Below, in pieces: positions 1 to 11,512 of a stretch of 64,000 bases of DNA (within the stretch, counting starts at the first letter, position 1; every line of letters starts with the position of its first letter). Under the pieces are notes generated by a model. That model worked only from the letters and a program-made list of their open reading frames with translations. It searched no databases and was not told where the DNA came from. The stretch lies in contig NC_086102.1 in the NCBI RefSeq assembly GCF_963921235.1, positions 162,626,001-162,690,000 of the forward strand, in the 5' to 3' direction. The position numbers were made by a program, and so were the translations under genes. This DNA is from Mobula hypostoma (Eukaryota).

Positions 1-104
1 AAATAAATATAAAATAGCAAGACTAAAATGGCATAATATAGCTATGCAATTTAATTACTTCTGCATTGCTGACCCAAATAAAATGACCAAGCATGTAAAG
101 GTAA

Positions 105-312
105 ACACAAAATAATTTGCAGATGCTGGGGTCAAAGCAACACTCACCTGGAACCTACCATGCTTCTCCTTCCCACCCTCCCCCCACCTTCTTTATAAGG
201 CCTCTACCCCTTCCCCCTACAGTCCGGATGAAAGGTTCCGGCCCGAAACGTCAACAGATCGTTTCCACAGATGCTGCCCGACCTGAGTTCCTCCAGCATG
301 TTGTGAGTGGCA
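105..312 (+). mobile_element. Penelope-like terminal repeat fragment with a mutated hammerhead core
   Basis: cagtc CGGATGA aaggttccggccc GAAA cg tc at 220-252, followed by the common gatgctgcc...gagttcctccagca tail. Confidence 0.7.
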
Positions 313-1559
313 TGTAAAGGTGTATTGTATACTTCTTTCTAATACTTAGATGTATCTGCACGGGCATATTCTTCCTGACTGATTTCAATTAGAGTACCAA
401 ATATAATTAAAATACACTTCATTAACTGAAATTTTATAACTATTTTACCATTCTTTGCATATTTGCTAATTTTACCCACATTCAAATTTTTTGCCACACG
501 CTAACCAATGTAAGGTTCTCGACTATAGGATTCTCTTTAAAATCTTAAACTACATTTAAAATACCAAATACACATCCTCAAATTCAAACCTTGGAGGCAG
601 ATATCCCTCCAAAACCACCATATTCTTCCCAGGTATAGTGTCGAAAACCACTCCGTTCTTCAGGCAATCACAACCTTGTACCAGCACAAAGCTAACCTAT
701 TGTATTCAGATTGGTGAATGCAGATATTGAGACCAAGTACAAATGGATCAAAAGTGTAACTTAAGAAAATGGCATCAAAAAAGCCAGTATCAAGATAATA
801 AAACATTTAAAAGGAATAATAATAGCTCTTTACAGTTGGGTTCTTATAAAAGACGTTTCCTGTTGGCCTTTTTCTAATCTGTGTTTGACATTTTATTTTC
901 CAAAGGTAGCTAAATCCACTTCTCAACTGCAGCACGCTGACTGGCTGAAATTCGTCAGCAGTTACAAGCCAAGAAAAGCCTCATTTTCAAAAGAAATGTG
1001 AATAAATGTAGGCAAATCAGAACAGGCCAGCAGGGATCGTTGATGATGCAAGGTCTTTACTAGAAAAACCGGAATAACATTAAAACGGCCGAGTCAAGAA
1101 CTACCACGAGTTCAAAAAATCTAATTGCCATAAAGATTAAGGACCCACCACTTCAGATGATCGATCACCTGAGGGGAAAAGTGACCAAGTTTACCATTAA
1201 CTTAAAAAAAACTAGGTTAAAACATCTTAAAGCATTTGGTCTGTGGCCTGCGGTCTATGGCTTGCAGAGTACACAAATACTTTTAATGCAGCATTTCCGC
1301 CTGTCGCCATTTTACGAGTAGCCTTCCATCAGCGGGTTGAAATATTTCTCACCTACTTTCTAACTTTTCTAACCACGGTCCTTAAAGTTATGATTACCAC
1401 AGATTGATCCTCTTCGGTCTTTTTTATTCAGGTCCTCACGATTTTATGTAATCTGTACCCAATGTGGTCAAGAAAGCCATCCTGTCCTTTCCAATCTATT
1501 CTCCTGCTCCAGCCCTAGGGACAACTAGTAAATTTCATTTCACTTTTGAAACCGGGAGG

Positions 1560-2280
1560 TGAAAGCCGGTCAGCGATTCTGTGGGAACAGCCGACTGCCA
1601 GGTGCCGAACAATGGATCAGTCTCCCGCCAAGAACGAGCCCCACAACAGCGGGCCCCCGCTCAAAGGTCCCTAGGCCTCGCCCGGCGTCACACCACACCT
1701 CAGCGCCGAGGCAGCTACCGCTGAAGGGCGAGTTAATAATTAAGCAACTCGGTCACACGCCGCCATCTTACAGAAGCAGCAGAGCCTCCATGTTATGGCG
1801 GGCGGCATAAAGATCCCGACCACAGCAAGAATTTCAGCAACCCTTCCCGCAGGCCGGAGCACCCAACAACAACAACAACAGCAAATCAAGCGACGCCGAG
1901 CAGATACCACGACTGACCCCGGACATCGGGGGGGTAGTGGAACTCGGGCACCATGTCCCTACCTCCATTCTGCGCAATGACCGTCTGCGAGTCGTTCGAG
2001 CTCCCGAGAACCAGTGAGCCTTATCGCATCCGGAAAATGGCTGCGCCACCCGAGCCCCGCCTTGCCGCCCCATCAATCACACCAACTCCGCCCGCCACCC
2101 CGTCAGCCGCGCCCTCTGCGACGTCACGCCTCGTGATCGCGTCCAACCGCCGAATTTCCGACCGCGCGCCGGCGGCGTCCCACGTGATGTCACGCGCGTG
2201 CGCGACCCCGAAATCAGCCTGGAGTTGCTCCCTGAGGGCAAGTTCGCGTGGTTCCAGAGGGGCGAGGGGTTGCTGACAGA
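1560..2280 (-). promoter_or_regulatory. CpG-island housekeeping-type promoter
   Basis: Sharp rise in GC and CpG content. Contains E-box CACGTG (2181-2186), NRF1-type CGCGCGTGCGCG (2193-2204), CRE-like GACGTCA (2120-2126), GC boxes, and an ETS/YY1 composite CCGGAAAATGGC (2030-2041). Confidence 0.8.
1963..1968 (-). CDS. Coding part (Met-Glu) of the first exon of an unidentified gene that continues off the left edge
   Basis: Minus strand reads gcagaATGGAG|gtaggg: strong Kozak context (-3 A, +4 G) directly followed by a splice donor, inside the CpG island. Confidence 0.5.
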
Positions 2281-2699
2281 TAAGTTCTTAATTTAAGAAT
2301 TTATTAACAGATTTTGAGCACAAACAAGAGAGAATCTGCCGATGCTGGAAATCCAAGCAACACACACAAAATGCTGGAGGAACTCAGCTGGCCAGGCAGC
2401 ATCTCTGTGGAAAAAAGTACAGGCAAGGTTTTCTGCCGGAAACGTCGACTTGTACTTTTTTCCACAGATGCTGCATGACCTTGTGAGTTCCTTCAGCATT
2501 TTATGCGTGTTACATATTTTAAGCTTCTGATCTTCTGCCTCATAATTAATTAAAATGATCACATAATCACATCATCTGTTGCTAACCCACGGTTCTCTTC
2601 AACTTTGTTTGAAGCACCTAATAGTTGGAAAACAATGTGGCACTTCTGTATTGCATATCTTGAAAAATCTAGACTGAAGAACTGGTGTTATTTCTGGGA

Positions 2700-3295
2700 C
2701 TATTGCCATTCACTACCACCACAACAGACAGGATCTCCTGGTAGCCACTCACTTCAACTCTGCTTCCCATTCCCATTCAGATATGTCCATACATGGCCTC
2801 TACTGCCATAATGAGGCTAAATTCAGGTTGGAGGAGCAACACCTCATATACAGTCTCCAGCTTCTTGGTATGAACATAGAATTCTCCAACTTCTGGTAAT
2901 TCCCTCCCCCTCCCTTCCTCTATCCCTATTTCACTCTGCCCCCTCCCCCAGCTGCCTATCACCTCCCTCATGGTTCCGCCTCCTGCTACTACCCATTGTG
3001 TTTTCCCCTATTCCTTCTTCACCTTTCCTGCCTGTCACCTCCCTGCTTTCCCTCCCCCACCCCTTTATCTTTCCCCTTACTGGTTTTTCACCCGGAACCT
3101 ACCGGCCTTCTCCTTCCCACCCTCCCCCCACCTTCTTTATAGGGCCTCTGCCCCTTCCCTCTTCAGTCCTGACGAAGGATTCCGGCCCGAAACGTTGACT
3201 TATCGTTTCCACGGATGCTGCCCGACCTGCTGAGTTCCTCCAGTGTGTTGTGAGTGTTGCTTTGATCCCAGCATCTGCAGATTATTTTGTGTTTG
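2700..3295 (+). mobile_element. Penelope-like element 3' end (endonuclease tail plus pLTR with hammerhead motif)
   Basis: RLEEQHLI-like coding remnant, pyrimidine-rich UTR, and agtc CTGACGA...GAAA cg tt gact at 3165-3200. Confidence 0.75.
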
Positions 3296-4369
3296 CCATT
3301 CACTACTGTAGTAAAGTGTTTGGTAGTACAATTTCCATACACTAATCATGTCGTGATGCAGTTCCTGTGAATTAGGGTATGGCATTTAGTAGGGTAAAGT
3401 TCAGAATCTGCATTTTTGAGTGGTTTTGACTGCTTTTCTTTAGCCCAAGGCACACTGAGATATCTCTGCCCCGCTTTATGCACCTTCAGGCAGAGAGTTG
3501 GGCTTTGCCTGAGCTATGATGACATCATAAATTTTCCCTTTATTGATTGCAACACTTGAATTTAGACGATAGGTGAATGCCCATGGTCGTTAATCCATCA
3601 CAGAAATGGCAGAAGCAGACTGAACAAATGAAGTGTGGACATTATAGGGTGGGGTATCTGAAATATGGATGCTATGGATGAACCTATGCGTCTGCGGCAT
3701 CAAGTTGGATGGGTGAGCTGTGGCCACCTGAGGAACCCACTCACAATGACCGATGAACAGGGATGCGTGCCTGCAGAGACTAGCAGCTAGTGCGACAGCC
3801 AACCAATCAGAACCAGTCGGACCAACATAAACACGAGCACTCGGCAGAAACAACATTCCACTGCGCGCCCACAATTTCTCCTAGACTAATCGTGAAACAT
3901 TTGCGACCTAACCTCCTGGCTCGGCGAACAACTCTACAGACAAGCAGCTAACCCGAGCTACCAATCTTCTCTTTCATTTCAATTGTGGATTTATACCAGC
4001 ACCAAGCATTCATCAGCCGCCAAAGGGTTGTGTGAAAAATTTTTTCAAGCGAGGCAATGGAACCATCCAGGCTCCTTGAACATTTGAAGAGAATACATAC
4101 ACTCTGATAAAGCTAACACCAACCTGATTTATTTTCAGTCACTGTCAAAGCTTTCAGAAAGGGAAAATGCCTGTAAACATGTTTGCTAGCACTTTACAAT
4201 AAAGCAGCGATGATTTGCGTGCTACATGCAACATTTCACTGCTCATTGCTAAATCTGGAAGGCTTCATACTATTGGAGAAGAACTGGTTCTGCCAGCAGG
4301 AATGTGGGGGGTTGGTTCTGGGAACAGTTTTGCAATAGTCAGCAGGCCAAATAACTCAAACGGTAGGTG

Positions 4370-5330
4370 GGTTATAGCATGTTGCAGATGTCTTTAACCA
4401 GCCTCTCAAAGCATTTGAGGTGAGTGCAACAGTGCGCCAATCATTCAGGCTCATTACCTTGGTTTTCTTAGGTTCAGAGGCAATGATGGATGATTTGAAA
4501 CAGGAAGGCCCTACTCACTGGGAGAGGGAGAGATTAAAAATGTCTGTAAACACACCAGCCAGCTGTCTGCAAACACTTTGAGGACATGCCCTGGGATGCA
4601 GTCCGGCCCCGTCGCCTTGCGGCTGTTGAAACGTGAGAATATTCTACCTACCTCAGCCTTGGAAATGATCAAAGAGCAGGTCTTGTCGGCGACTCTCCTT
4701 GGAGGTTCAGTCTTATCAACCCTGAATTGAGCGTAAAAAACATTTAGCTTGTCTGGGAGCGAGGCGGCAGTGTTGGCTGTACTGGTGCGTTTTCTCTTGA
4801 AGTCCACAATGGTGTGCAGTCTTTGCCGTATGCTGCGTGTGTCATTGTCACAAAGTTGTGTCTGAATTTTGTTCCTGTGTTGCCGTTTTGCCACCTTGAT
4901 GACTCAGCATAAATCTTAGTGGCATCTCTCAAGCTCCTGTTGATCTCCAGAGCTGATGGCTTTATCCCTTGCGCTGAGAGCGACACGCACTAAACTATTT
5001 TTTATTGAGTGCAATCGTGAACTATTTATCCAAGGCTTCTGGTTTGGGTGGACCTGGACCAATTTTTGAGGAACAATGTTTTCAATGCACTTCCAAGTGA
5101 AGCTTATGACCACTTATATGAATTCGGAGATGTTCTCAGCTCGAAATACCTCCCAGGTGACACTATCAAAGCAGTCTTGTAACATTGAGTCTGATTGGTT
5201 GGACCGTCAGTGGATGGTTTTCATTATGGCGGCTTCTTGTTTCAGTTTCTGCCTATAGGCGGGCAGGAGAAAGATGGAGTAATGATCAGACTTTCTAAAT
5301 GGAGGGCAAAGAAGTTCTTTGTAGGCATTG
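4370..5330 (-). mobile_element. Rex1/Babar-type LINE fragment (endonuclease end to RT start)
   Basis: SDHYSIFLLPAYRQKLK, PNQKPWINS, ASLPDKLNVFYAQF, KATGPDCIPGHVLK. Confidence 0.8.
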
Positions 5331-6134
5331 CAGAAGTTTAAATGCTTGCTGTTGCACACAGAAGTCAGATAGTTCTCAAATGGAAACTGCCTGAGATGCT
5401 TTATGCGCTTTTTGAAACTGATAAAAATTCCTTGAAGACTGGAATGCTTCATTCAGAAATCAACTCAAGAATATTAGGCATGACGCTGCTTATTTGTCAG
5501 AGTTATTTGCGAAGTCTATTTAAATCAATCTTCTATTGCAAGGAAACTATGTGAATCCTATTAAATTCAAACCAGTCATTACTACATTGCTGTCCAAGTT
5601 AACCCTATTTAAGTGCAACATTGGCAATCACGACTTTTTCCAATTTCTGAGCCTTTCTGAGTTGGAAGAGAAAGGAAGAATATCAGATGACGATCTTCAT
5701 GTATACTGTGCCCACCTGGGTGAGCTATATAAGATTTCATGATCTTCACTTGATCCAAACTCCAGATTGGGTAATAAATTCATTCCTAAACAGTTTCTAA
5801 GTCACTCAAGAGACACTGAAGCTAGAGGATGTGAAATTGTTTTAATCAACAAAATGAGACACTCTCTGGAGGAAGAGGTCTGTTTGACCCATGTTAGATG
5901 ATATTTATACTAAAGATCAAAGCATAGTTCTATAGTTAAGAAGTATCTGCAATGCTTCCTTTGAATTACATGTAATTTTCCACCTCCTTCTTTGCACCCA
6001 CACTCCAGACACCCCAAATGAATGTTAATCAGTATTAAGATGAGAAAATCTGCAGATGCTGGAAATCCAGGTAATACACACAATATGCTGGAGGAACTCA
6101 TCAAGCCAGGAAGCATTTATGGAAAAAAGTAAAC

Positions 6135-6170
6135 AGTCGATGTTTCAGGCCGAGACCCTTCATCAGGACT
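6135..6170 (-). ncRNA. Minimal hammerhead motif, intact core, AUC triplet
   Basis: Minus strand reads agtc-CTGATGA-agggtctcggcct-GAAA-ca-TC-gact. Confidence 0.6.
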
Positions 6171-6477
6171 CAGTCAGAAGTATCTTGTTTTTCAATTAAC
6201 TGATGTCCACAACTCCAGGAAACCATTGTCTAGGGCTGCATTTTAATCCACATTCAGGTCTGAAGATTGGTTAGTGCAGTTAATATTTGCTATTTACCCT
6301 AATTCCAGAATATGCCCTAAAAGTTCCTCCTCTTAGCCCTGCTGGATAATTTGTTCCAGGAAAGGCCAAATCTTAAGGATGATCTAATCAAATAGGGCAG
6401 TAAAAATGCCCTGTACTTTAGAACCCATTCCTCAATTTTCCTATGTGCATCTACATCTACGCTATCATCACTAATGG

Positions 6478-7177
6478 AGTGTATGGGGTGTCAGGGAGGG
6501 GTAGCACCTCTGGTGGGGGAACATGTCGTGTCCTTTTCAGCTTGATTTGTCCACCTTTGGTCCCCACCTGGCACTCAGCTGTCACCTGTGGCTCCCCATA
6601 GCTGTTTGCATGCGACAGCAGCCACACCCCAGGCAACAACTTCGACAAGCCGGCTAAACTAGGTGAGGGTAGCCGACGGGTCTCAAACCCTCAGTGAGAT
6701 AGGGAGTTGTCTATCCCAGCATGTGAAGACAGACTCTGGTGAGTTGAGCGGACGAAACCAATGGAAGGTCCAACGGTCAAGAAGGCGGTCTCTGCAAGTG
6801 TCATGGAATACGCAGAGCACAACAAAACACAGAAGATGTCCCAGTCATCCACTGCGCCTAGTCCCATCTCCAGCCGTCTCGACTCTTGTCTTGCCACTGG
6901 ATCCAGATGGGAATTGGGAAGAGAGAGTGAGGCTGACACTGCGCAACTCTCACTCACCTAAATCCAAATCAAGCGCTAGTCTCGACACCATCAGCCGGCT
7001 GGTGGCACAGTGAGATCAGCGCCGGACTCCGGAGCGAAGGTTCCCGAGTTCGAATCCAGTCAGGCCGCTCCCAGGTACGCTTTCCATCCGTGCCGGGTTA
7101 AGTGTCAAGCTAACAACTTGACTTCGTAAAAAGTACTGATGGTGTTGAGGTCTTCATTGATTACGATGGACAAACCT
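6478..7177 (+). mobile_element. Composite non-autonomous retroposon: RTE-like 5' region, tRNA-derived segment, RTE 3' tail
   Basis: 15-bp direct repeat tatcatcactaatgg at 6463-6477 and 7178-7192. A-box TGGCACAGTG and B-box GTTCGAATCC at ~7003-7057. The tail resembles the 3' end of the RTE at 48010-48050. Confidence 0.65.
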
Positions 7178-8310
7178 TATCATCACTAATGGCTATCTAC
7201 AAGACTCTAAGCAGGGATTGTTCGGGAAATTTGACCATTAGTCTTTAAAATACAGCTTTGTCATTTGTATGCCTGTTGCTTCCTCTCCAGCTGGCCAGTT
7301 GCAGTTTAATCACTTTCTTTAACTTCACCCCTTCATTCTCTAATAGCTAAAACTGTGTAGTGGTTATCAGTGGTTACTCTCTGGTCAGGGGCACTAGCAA
7401 GGTAAATGTGTCTGGCTCACAGGCACTCTCATTGATGTACAGGAGAGGTTGGGTGGTCTCTGTTTGACTGACTGTGAGGACCTAGCCCCATTGCATACCA
7501 TTCCAGATGGTCCATTTGGTTGCTGGTCCAACCACTGAAAGGGCCCAGCTCATTTGTAGTCACTCCCCAAAAAGGCTGGCGTGACTGCCTTCAGACGCTG
7601 AGTGGATTTTCTTTTCTTTCTCGGTCTGCCTTGCCATCGAAGTTGATCTCTCTGCTGGAACTTGGATCCCTTCCCATCTATTTTTCCCAAATGTTTTTCT
7701 ATTCTACACTATACAACTAATTATCTGCCTTCAGTAACCAACTTTCATTACAGTTACCGTTGTACCTTAACATGCCATTCATGGCCTACTGAGGTGCTCT
7801 CTTGGGGTCCTCTGTCTTCATGTTTGTTGTGAGTCTGCTTCCATCACCTGTGGTCCAGTCTGATGCAGCCGGCCGGTATTTGTTACTTGGGTTCTATGTA
7901 ATGCAACTGTTATTGGGTACACTTGATCTCTTGTTCTGTCAGAAAGAATGACAAGAAGTTGGGTCATACGCTGTAACCTGAGTCCAGTGTTTCCACTGCT
8001 GCCTTGCCGGGACTGTACAGCAATATGGGAGTTATTCATCCCGAGCGCCACCTGTGGTTCTATTCACCTGGGACTGAAAACTCTACTTTCAACCGGCTCC
8101 CTGACCATGACTCGGTCACCTGGCTGTGGGGGGACTACCTTCTCTCTGTCTAGGTCTGTCTGATCCACAATATGTCGCTGCTGCTTTGCTCGATCCCTGG
8201 TTACGGTGGTCCTTCATGCCTCCATGTAATATTACTATATTGGCAGTTGTAGTTTCTTCCTGTACACTTGTAATTTCTGTTGCTTCTTGTTCTTCTGCTG
8301 CCCTCCTCAG

Positions 8311-9656
8311 CAATGTTCCCTCTAATTTTTAGTAGTCAGTGTGCGCGAAAATCTTAATTTGTGCAAATTTTTTTCCTGTGACAAAAGTATGTGCGCACTG
8401 AATGCACACATGGCACAGTTTATGTAGGTTTACAAAATGTTTGACATAAAACTGCACAGAATAACAACAAAATGACATACATATTTAAGTCACTCAGTTA
8501 TTTTTTTCTCTCTCCTGTCTTTGGCATTTACCCATCAATTGTAAACTCTACCTAGACTTATAGAACTTCCATCCAATTGATAGCTTTTGATTCTCATTAA
8601 CATATCCAAATGACATTCACCAAAGCGGTTTCTCAGCTTGTTTTTGAGTTGATTCATTAGGCTAAAACCTCACTCACAGTCCACACTAGACACAAGAAAG
8701 GTTCCCCCAATGTCCATCAACTGTGCAAGGTTGCAAAACTGTTCATTTTGAAGTACAAATGCCACCATTTGCGCAAAGTTTGAAATCAGTTTGAGTTTAA
8801 TTTTTTCTTGCACAGAAAATTTGAAATCATTAAACTGTCTAACTATTACAGTATTTTAAGCTAGAAAATCATGATATTTTAGACATAAAGCATTAACTTG
8901 TTCATCACCAAATGTGGAGTCACAATCTGCAATTGCGGAGATATCAAAAGCTGACCATTCTCTTATCTCATCTTCAGGAAACCTTTCTTCTAAATGAACA
9001 CAAAGACTATTTATAAAAGTCAACAGCGAACTTTTATCTACTATGACGTTTTCTTCACGTTGTTGGGTTAGCAAAACTTTAACTTTGTCACTCCACGAAA
9101 CATTGTCTCCCAGATACTGCTTTCTTATCTTGAAAATTTTGCCTCGTGCAAAATGAAGTGAATCAATCGGTGTCAGGCCACTCTTTCGCAGAATCTTGCA
9201 CAGTGCAGACAGTTCATCAAAGACATCACTTAAAACCTGTAAAGCTACTTTGTATGTGATGTTTATCAATTTCTTGCGACACTATTTAGTGATAGGGTCA
9301 TTTGACTGATCATTTTCAATAAAAACTTAGTAAGCTATCTACAGGATTTGAAACAGATCTTTGTAAACTTTACGATATGAGCACTGTCTGCCAAACATGG
9401 CTGCCGCCGTGATGCAGTTGTACAAACCGGAACAGGAAAGGTGAGGTGATGTAAATTAGTGACGTGTATTGTGGTATTTGAAAAACCGACTAACTAGTTA
9501 ACAGAAACATTTAGCTCAAAGATTATTTTCAATAAGTATAATTATTAATTACTACACTATTTTAGGTAACTAACCTTTTGTGTGCACATTAATTTCCTTT
9601 GTGCGCTGGTTGAAAAACGTGTGTGCACATGCACGCACAGCTTAGAGGGAACATAG
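8311..9656 (-). mobile_element. Internally deleted hAT transposon with C-terminal transposase remnant
   Basis: TIRs caatgttccctctaa / ttagagggaacatag. 8-bp TSD ctcctcag / ctgctcag. ORF 8856-9269 (HLEERFP) plus dimerisation motif SSVDCExGFSLMNQLKNKLRNR. Confidence 0.85.
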
Positions 9657-10424
9657 CTGCTCAGGTAGCTGCACTGCTTCTAATAGCTCCTGACTGTGCA
9701 TTGCCTCGATCCTTGGGATCTCCTGATATGATTCCCACACTTCACCCTGTCTCTCTGTGGGCCATGTTAGCTGCTTTGTAGGTTACACAAGTTCGCTGTC
9801 CCTGTCTTGTCCATGTTATTTCTCCTTTTCCCGAGTCTATGATAATCTCAAATATCTAGGGCTGATTTCTCTCCACCCTCATTGCTTTGCCTCCTGCACT
9901 GGTAATGTAAATCGCCTTTCCAATCATGGGCAAGGGTAGATCAGTTATTGATACTGATGACTCTGTGTCATCTCACATTGCTGGCCCCCTAATAAACCTC
10001 CTGTGTACATCCGTGGATGACCACCACTGGCAATAGAGGCTGCCGTTAGCTATTTGTCTGACCTCAGCAGCTCTATAATCTGGTCAGCAGTCAAATCGGA
10101 AGGAGAGGGCGCTGCTGTGGATTCTACCTGGTTTGGCAAGTGATTCTCACACCTTTTTTTTAGGGCATTCCCTCCTACCAGGGCCTGAGAAGCCAGTGCT
10201 GTAACAAATCATCTCTTTTACCCTGCCAAGTGTATTCCAGCCGTTCCTTGCTACGTGTCCCAGCTGCTGGCACACAAAGCAAGTTCTCTGCGACGTCACA
10301 GCAGGTACATTCACTACAGCCACTTTATGACTTCTTTTACACCTCCTCTGGTCTAATTCACCAGCTCATGATACTACGTGGATCCCACCACTATCAGCAA
10401 ATCCATAACTACTCAGGCCTTCTT

Positions 10425-10870
10425 TCAGCATTTTTGGGAAGACTGGGTCACCTCTCCCTGGATTATCCAACCCTGAATATCCTCATACACTGGATACTTA
10501 AATTCTGCATAATGCATGGCTGGCTCATCAGCTCTCTGAACCATTGACATTATTGTCCCCCAGTTACCCTCACCTCCCCCCAGTCGCTGCCTCACTTTCC
10601 ACTTAAAGAAGCGATACCTCTCTTCATTGCTGGTGTTCCTGGTAGTTGTCCATGTACTATCCTGCACCCCCTGGGCCATACTGTCCCACATATTCCTCGA
10701 GTACTTCACTCTTACCGACACATGGATATCTTTAGGGAGCATTTAGTAAATTCCAATCATTTCCTCAAGCTTGCACCAGAATTCTGCATTCCCACAGGAG
10801 ACTATAAGTGAGGATAACTCTGACAAAATGCTCTGCTCCTCCCCAAGTGTGAAGGGCTTATAGATGGTTG
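10425..10870 (-). pseudogene. Degraded retroviral gag (capsid) fragment
   Basis: NWGTIMSMVQRADEPAMHYAE resembles the gag major homology region (Q-x3-E-x4-Y) and lies just downstream of the PBS. Confidence 0.55.
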
Positions 10871-11494
10871 TAATCAAAGGTACGGGCTCGTTCAGTTTGT
10901 TAGGGTTCCCTACCTGATGTTAGTTGGCCTCCATTGATGCCATCCCAACAGATATATCTGGGAATAACCTCTCCCTCAGATATCTCCACACTAATCCCCA
11001 TACTATGCAAAATATAAATGATGAATAAAAATTAAACAGTACACACTTAAAATCGTAATGTACTCCGCAATCTGCTGCTTATGTGCACCTGAACTCATAA
11101 TGCCTGTTGTATTCCTTTGCATCTAACTGACATACCAAGGTTACAGACGTATTGTTAAAACACACACACACTCTTGCAAATGTGTCTGCCAAAATACAGT
11201 TCCTGGAACAAGTATACACACCCCCACTGGCATTCCGAACTATCAGTAACCACCCTTCACCACTGCTGGCCCTGTCTCAACATATTAACACACAAAGTTT
11301 AGTATCTTAGATAAACACACATGCACGCATACAAACTATACTACTTTTATATCTACTAGTTCAGCTCTCCACTGTGTTCATGATACCTCATGATCCCATA
11401 GCTACCGAACAGGTCCAAGTGTGAGTGTTAATTTTAAAATTACTCACGCACTTAGACTGCTGACATTGCTGGCCACATGATGGGTTGTGAAGGT

Positions 11495-11512
11495 ATCCCA
11501 GACAAGCCCCCA
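11495..11512 (-). promoter_or_regulatory. tRNA-Pro primer-binding site
   Basis: 16/18 match to TGGGGGCTCGTCCGGGAT; both mismatches are C>T. It lies 2 nt after the LTR end. Confidence 0.85.

Noticed and set aside
1953-2276. 107-aa Pro/Ala-rich ORF and neighbouring ORFs in the CpG island
   Set aside because: Stop-poor GC-rich promoter DNA with no recognisable domain.
2300-4200. Divergent CBX3-like gene on the plus strand (HNRNPA2B1-CBX3 arrangement)
   Set aside because: No chromodomain-coding exon is visible; the region is Penelope and hAT sequence.
6995-7070. Possible tRNA gene
   Set aside because: A and B boxes are present, but there is no convincing acceptor stem and it sits inside a TSD-flanked retroposon; it is a SINE-type head.
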